From the human T2T-CHM13v2.0 reference genome, Homo sapiens, in assembly GCF_009914755.1 (NCBI RefSeq), contig NC_060928.1: a stretch of 64,000 bases of DNA. One strand, written 5' to 3'. A model generated the notes under the pieces. That model had not been told where the DNA came from, ran no database searches, and saw only the letters and a program-made list of their open reading frames with translations. Position numbers and translations under genes: made by a program. Below, piece after piece: positions 57,320 through 64,000 of this stretch (position 1 is its first letter; every line of letters begins with the position of its first letter).

Positions 57320-57826
57320 AAATCATTCTACCATAAAGACACATTCACATATATGTTTACTGCAGCACTATTTACAATAGCAAAGACTTGGAACCAACCC
57401 AAATGCCCATCAAAGATAGACTGGATAAAGAAAATGTGGCACATACACACCATGGAATACTATGTAGCCATAAAAAACAATGAGTTCATGTCCTTTGCAG
57501 AGACGTGGATGAAGCTGGAAACCATCATTCTCAGCAAACTAACACTGGAACAGAAAACCAAACACTGCATGTTCTCACTCATAAGTGGGAGTTGAACAAT
57601 GAGAATACATGGACACAAGGAGGGGATATCACACACTAGGGCCTGTCGAGGAGTAGAGGGCAAGGAGAGCAAGAGCATTAGGACAAATACCTAATGCATG
57701 TGGGGCTAAAAACCTAGATGATGGGTTGATGGATGCAGCAAACCACCCTGGCACATGTATACCAATATAACAAACCTGCACGTTCTGTACATGTATCCCA
57801 GAACTTAAATTATACTAGTAAAAAAC
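57320..57826 (+). mobile_element. L1PA 3' end, 5'-truncated (~500 bp)
   Basis: ORF2 C-terminus MFTAALFTIAKTWNQPKCPS...HCMFSLISGS (57353-57595) plus 3' UTR. Confidence 0.95.
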
Positions 57827-57878
57827 TGTTTCAACTTTTGGACTCTAGTAATAACATTTAGCTTAAAACACAAATACA

Positions 57879-58183
57879 TTTTCCTTTTTTTCTTTTTGAG
57901 ACAGAGTCTCACTCCTTCACCCAGGCTAGAGCACAGTAGCACAATCACGGCTCACTGCAGCCTCAACTTGCTGGAGGCTCAGGTGATTCTCCCAGCTTAG
58001 CCTCCTGAGTAGCTGGGACTAAAGGTGTGCACCACCCCACCAGGCTGATTTTTTTTGTATTTTTGTATAGATGGGATTTTGTCACGTTGCCCAGGCTGGT
58101 CTTGAACTTCTGGGCTCAGGCTATCTACCCACCTCATCCTCCCGAAGTTCTAGGATTAGAGGTGTGAGTCACTGCACTTGGCC
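57879..58183 (-). mobile_element. AluJ-type SINE
   Basis: Diverged antisense dimer. Confidence 0.9.
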
Positions 58184-58291
58184 TAAGATTTTTCTTCATA
58201 TCCATAATCTATATGTGGTTTTCTATTTTTGATTTTATTAATTTTTACTTTTTAAAAAAATTTTAAACTTTCTTGTTAAAACTCAGACAGA

Positions 58292-58673
<382 letters not shown>

Positions 58674-59231
58674 TCACTGGAAGGTCTTCAGGGACCATAA
58701 TATGCATGGAGCAGATAGGAATGCCTTTCTCTGGACCTGCTCGAGACTATTTTACAGTTAACTTTTATTTTAGTAAGTAGGAGTGTACTTTAAAATAACA
58801 ATGAAAATGTAGTATAGTAAATACATAAACCAGTAGCATAGTCATTTATTATCAAGTATTATCCACTATATATAATTTATGTGTTATATTTTTACACAAT
58901 TGGAAGTGCAGTTTGTTTACATCAGCATCATTACAAACATGTGTAATGCATTGTGCTATAACGTTAAGACGGCTACGACATCACTAAGCGATAGGAGTTT
59001 TTTAGCTCCTTCATAATCATATGAGACCACCGTCTTAAGTACAGTTTGTCCTTGACTGAAATGTTATGTGGCATACGTTTGTGTATATCAATATATTTAT
59101 GTATGTATATTTGTCTGTATATATATGTATATAAAATAAAATCTGTTTGTACGATCCTCTACAGTAATATAGGACTTCCATTCAAAGTCACTGAGTCTTT
59201 TTGAAATCTAAGGTTTTTTTCTATTCCTGCC

Positions 59232-59532
59232 TTTTTTATTTTTTGTTTATTTTGAGACTGGGTCTTTGTCACTCAGGCTGAAGTGCAGTGGCACAATCAT
59301 GGCTCACTGAAGCCTTGAAGCCTTGACCCCCCCAGGCTCAAGCCATCCTCCCACCTCAGCCTCCTGAGTAGCTGAAATTACAGATGCGTGCCACCAAGCC
59401 TAGCTAATTATTTTATTCTTCATAGAGATGAGGTCTCACTGTTTTGCCTAGGCAACTCTTCAGTTCAAGTGATCCTTCCACCTTGGGCTCCCAAAGTGCT
59501 GGGATTACAGGAGTGAGCCACCTCACCCAGCT
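59232..59532 (-). mobile_element. AluJ-type SINE
   Basis: Diverged antisense dimer with a GAAGCCTT micro-duplication. Confidence 0.9.
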
Positions 59533-59549
59533 GAAATATAGGATATGTA

Positions 59550-59574
59550 TGTGTGTGTGTGTGTGTGTGTGTGT
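59550..59574. repeat. (TG)n microsatellite
   Basis: Directly visible. Confidence 0.9.
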
Positions 59575-59655
59575 ATGCACATGTATATATAAATATATAA
59601 AATTATTTATGTATATATAATCAATGTATAAACATATACATTTAAAAATATAATT

Positions 59656-59978
59656 GGACCACACATGGTGCTGTAATCCCAGCACTTTGGAAGGCTGAGG
59701 TGGGAGGATCACTTGAAGTCATGAGTTCAAGACCAGCCTGGGCAGCAAAATGATACGCTATCTCTACAAAAAGTGAAACAAAATCATCTGGGCATGGTGG
59801 CATACACCTGTAGTCCCAGCTACATAGGAAGCTGAGGTTGGAGTATCCCCTGAGCCCAGAAATTTGAGGCTTCAGTGAGCTATGATCCTGCCACTGAACT
59901 ATAGCCTGTGCAATGGAGTAAAGTTCCCATCTTAAAATTAAACAAAAATTAAAAATAAAAATAAATAATGAAAAAAAC
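59656..59978 (+). mobile_element. AluJ-type SINE
   Basis: Diverged dimer; 12-bp TSD AAAAATATAATT (59644-59655, 59979-59990). Confidence 0.9.
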
Positions 59979-60259
59979 AAAAATATAATTAATCAACAAA
60001 TTATTTCTGTTATTCAAAGGATTTTTAATATTACTGTAATATGCAACAATAATATGAATGGTCTTTAATTTGAATACATTTGGATTTATCTATGTACATA
60101 TATAGATATATATACACATCTCTTCTCTCATATTCCTTTGTCACAGAGACACATACACACACACAAGCACAAACATGATTTCAGAGTCCTACTTTTAATA
60201 GGGATTGAAAGTATATAAAGAACAGAATAGCAAGACACTCTTTAGACATTCTTTAGTCC

Positions 60260-60531
60260 TTTTTTTTTTTTTTTTTTTTTTTTGAGACAGAATCTCATGT
60301 TGCCGCCCAGGCTGGAGTGCAGTGGCTCACCACAACCTCTGTCTCCTGGGTTAAAGTGATTCCCCTGCCTCAGGCTCCCAAGTAGCACCATGCCTGGCTA
60401 ATTTTTGTATTTTTATCAGAGACAAGGTTTCACGATGTTGGCCAGGCTGGTCTCTAACTTCCGACTTCAAGTGATCCACCCGCCTGGGCCTCCCACAGTG
60501 CTGGAATTACAGGCATGAGCCACCACACCCC
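60260..60531 (-). mobile_element. AluS-type SINE with two internal deletions
   Basis: Poly-T; TSD CATTCTTTAGT(C/T)CTTT. Confidence 0.9.
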
Positions 60532-62224
60532 ACTCATTCTTTAGTTCTTTATTTGGCAGGAGGTGTGGTTAACTCCCTGGAATACATATGTATTAGAGAC
60601 TGCAATTGTAATTAAACTTAACATGGGCTTGATGGAGTTGTTGTTGAAATAGGAGAGGTATCAGAAAAGCTGATTTTTCTATGCTTTCTAATGCCATTAG
60701 AATTGATATTGACATAATTATTAAGTTAAATGGGACAGGTTAGAAAAAAATTAGTTCTTTCACCTTCTGATTGCTTTCTGTTACACCCTGGCTCTTGGAA
60801 GTTTCTTGTCACATAGAAGTCCTGAGAGCAGATCACTGAGGAGATTTCAGAATGGGCAAATACAAGAGGCACACAGCAGACACCCACTATCCGTAAACAG
60901 GACTGATATTGCTAATCTATTATAGAACTTTTTCTTAGAAAAACAGTATTTGCCCACTCTACTCAATATGGAACTCCAATCTGTTCAAGTCCACAACCTA
61001 TTTCTCAGTCTGGGAGGACTGAGAGTTCAAAATACCGTGGTACAAGGCTTGATGTTTTTTCTGAAGTTTGAGCCTGGACTTTTTCTTATGAATCCATTAA
61101 TGTAAAGTGTCTATGAGAGAAATTCCTTGTACATTCAACTGACAGAATATGCAAAATCAACCAAATAAAACAGCATACAGAAGACTGAGTTGCCAATCAT
61201 GGGTGATTTAGATAGTTTAGAAAGGGCTCTCATAATTACAAACTTTTTTTTCTTATGCAAAATAAACTGGATTCTAAGAATTTTATCTACCTCTAGTTGC
61301 AAAATAGAAAGTGTCTGGTTGTTTCAGTGATTTGTGCAGGTAATTTTCTAACTATTTATTTAAACTTCATATGCATAATGAATTTATATCTAATCCTAAC
61401 CATGATTATAAATATAAATGAAGTATTGTAAATTATCATATGAAATACAAAACTAGAGAATAATATCTTACAACTAGTGCTAAATATAAGAAGCAAAAAT
61501 GAATACTTACAAGTTGGTTAATTATTGAAATGATGACAATAAATATGTCTCTATTTTGGATGGACTCCTGCTTCTGATTATCTAATGTTAACTTGTCCCT
61601 CACTTTTAAGAACTCATTTAATTCAAATGAATCATATAGTGCAGAAAAAATTCATTGTAGAGTAAAACATATTAATTATGTGCCAGATTTTAAAGGTAAT
61701 GCTGCACCAATACCATGCTAAATTGTGAAGAATTGAAATAAATATGTAGGCTAAATGAGACAGACATGTGGCACCCATACATACAAATATAACGAGGAAA
61801 TCACAGAACCAAGTTTTCAAACTTGGCCTAGATAAAAGACTAGGCCAAGTTAACCATGGAAACATATTATTTGTAAATTTTCATTTCATCAGGATTACAC
61901 ACATGCACATAGACACACACACAAACCCATACACACACGTTCAACCATTGCCCTTTGCCCATCATTGGCAGTTAGGACCACTTCACCGTATACCAGTTCA
62001 TTTATCTCATTCCAAAGCCTGAGTCCTACTCTGACCTCAGCAAAGCACAGCATAAGTAGTTCTAGGTTAATAAATAATCAATAATATGGATAATTATGTA
62101 GGAACTCTTCAATGTGTTATGGTCAGACAACCGAAAATACAGTTAGTTTGTGAGAGTTAGTCTTTAAAATATACGAGCATGTGATTAGTAAGATTAGTGA
62201 CTTTTCTAGAAAGCATATAGATCT

Positions 62225-62445
62225 GTACTCAAATCTTTGCTCCCACACTCCATGTTGGTGACCCTGGGTAAATTAAACAGTCCATTTTGGACTTCATATG
62301 TTTAATATATAGAGTACAGGTATACATTTCATACAAATATATCAATACATAATAGTTATCCCATGAAGATTTTGTGGAATTTAATTAATTAATTTACCTA
62401 GCATGCTCATTACAGTCTATAACACATAGTGTGTGCTCAACAGGT
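62225..62445 (+). mobile_element. MIR SINE
   Basis: CTCAAATCTTTGCTCC...GTGACCCTGGGTAAATT...AACACATAGTGTGTGCTCAA. Confidence 0.55.
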
Positions 62446-62789
62446 TTTCTCTCTTAAGGCCTGATGGCTTCCTAATCAAGAGAGAGAACAGAGAAAATAT
62501 CATAGACTTGATTGTGAAAGGTACTATTGCTTTTAAATGGCATAGTCAAATTATTAAAGATAAGTAAAATGAAACTTTAAAGTAAGTAATTTTAAGTAAA
62601 GTGAGATAGATAAAGTAAAACTCATGAACAGCAAAGAACTTGACAAGGGGACAGTAAATGTTTGGCTGTTTATCCAGCACAGTTTAGGCAAGAGGTACAA
62701 TGAAGCCAGGGATATGAATGTTTTGCTGTGGGGTAATGATAGCACATCTGGCTTTTTCAGTGGACTGGAAAAAGCTTACATCCACATGA

Positions 62790-63545
62790 CATTATGACAT
62801 CCTTGATTCCTCCGTTTCCCGCACATGCCACATGCAAACCATCAGCAAACCGGTTTTCATCCCTTCTACCTGCATTATTCTAGTCCAAGCCAGTAGTATC
62901 ATCACAACTTCTAGATTGGCTCAGGTTATTCTTAATGCAGCCACTGGAGCTGTCCTTTTAAAATGTATGTTAGATCGTATCATTCCTCTGCAATAACCCT
63001 TCAGTGGTTTCTCATCTTACTCCGTAAAAAGTCAACATTCTTTACAGTAGCATACAAGCCCCTTTTAAACCTGGCTGCTTTGTTACCAATGTTTCCTCAT
63101 TCTCTACCAGTTTCTTGTCCATTTTGCTTCAGCTGTGATGGTCTCCCTGCACACTCTTGCCCTAGAGTTTCTGCACTCGCTGTTCCTTTCATCTAAAACA
63201 TTCTTCCCTGAATACCTCGTGGCTTCTCATTTACTACAGGTCTGAACTGAGATGTCATTTTGATAAGTCTCTATAAATAGCATCCAGCCTGCCCTGTTAA
63301 TAGACACTGTAATTTCCTCCTCTGACTTTTTCCCCTCTGTTGTATTTATCTTCTTCTGACATAATACATATTTATTTGTTTTTTTTGTTATATGTATCTC
63401 TACCTGTCCCGCACGCATGCCTTCACAAGGTAAGTTCTATTATGCCAGGGACTTTGCATTGTTTATGATTATATGCTTAATACCCAAAAGAGTTCCTGGC
63501 TAAACGTAGGTGTTTACTAAATGTTTGTAAAATTAATGAATTGAG
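62790..63545 (+). mobile_element. L2 LINE 3' end
   Basis: CCTTTTAAAATG...CCCTTCAGTGGTTTCTCATC...GCACTCGCTGTTCC...GTTCCTGGCTAAACGTAGGTGTTTACTAAATG...AATGAAT. Confidence 0.8.
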
Positions 63546-64000
63546 ATTATACAACGCTCTTTATTCTGATGACACGTTCTAAGAGCAATATTACAATTAT
63601 TTTTTCCTTCTTTCCAAATACCATAATGTAGGAAAGGGGCACAGTATACTCCTGGCGCAATTAATCACAGGAAAAGAACACATCTTTTTTAAAAATATAA
63701 ATTAGTACATTAACAAAAAGATTGCAAGAGGAGGGAAAACAAATGCAAAACATCCATTTGATGAATTGGTGGAGGAATTTCAAGATCAAGATCTGATGAT
63801 ATTTGACTAATGAAATTTTTTTCTTAAAATATAAAAAGGAACATCCAACACTTTCCCATAAAGTTACTTGAGTAGAAAGTTCATAAATCAGATTTTCATA
63901 ATGAATTCAGTCTATCCTTTCAACCTTAGCAAGGTTATATCTAATTATTCCTAGAGTGATTAGTATGTATTATTTTTAGGATTCTCTTATGTATCTTTTA

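Overview
This is AT-rich primate (human-like) intergenic or intronic DNA made mostly of transposable elements; I can support no intact cellular protein-coding gene. The main features are: (1) a two-LTR HERV9/ERV9 provirus (LTR12, 9982-19630, + strand) with a tRNA-Arg PBS, decayed gag-pro-RT-RNaseH, no integrase, and a partial env split by an AluY; (2) a two-LTR MER61-type ERV1 provirus (41315-49180, - strand) carrying a nested HERV-W LTR17 solo LTR and an Alu; (3) a second LTR17-type solo LTR inside an AluJ; (4) other solo LTRs, about 14 Alus, L1/L2/MIR fragments and DNA transposons (MER53, MER58B, Tigger3). Signals the repeat annotation does not explain are a poly(A)-tailed 3'-UTR retrocopy (20571-21012), a direct-direct-inverted triplication/fold-back (36960-37377), a 67-bp templated insertion copied from 1.2 kb upstream into an Alu (49289-49355), an old ~225-bp two-copy element 6 kb apart (26471/32417), and a head-to-head Alu pair 29 bp apart. 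I found no convincing new biological system. Family and subfamily names come from recall of consensus sequences, not from a database search.
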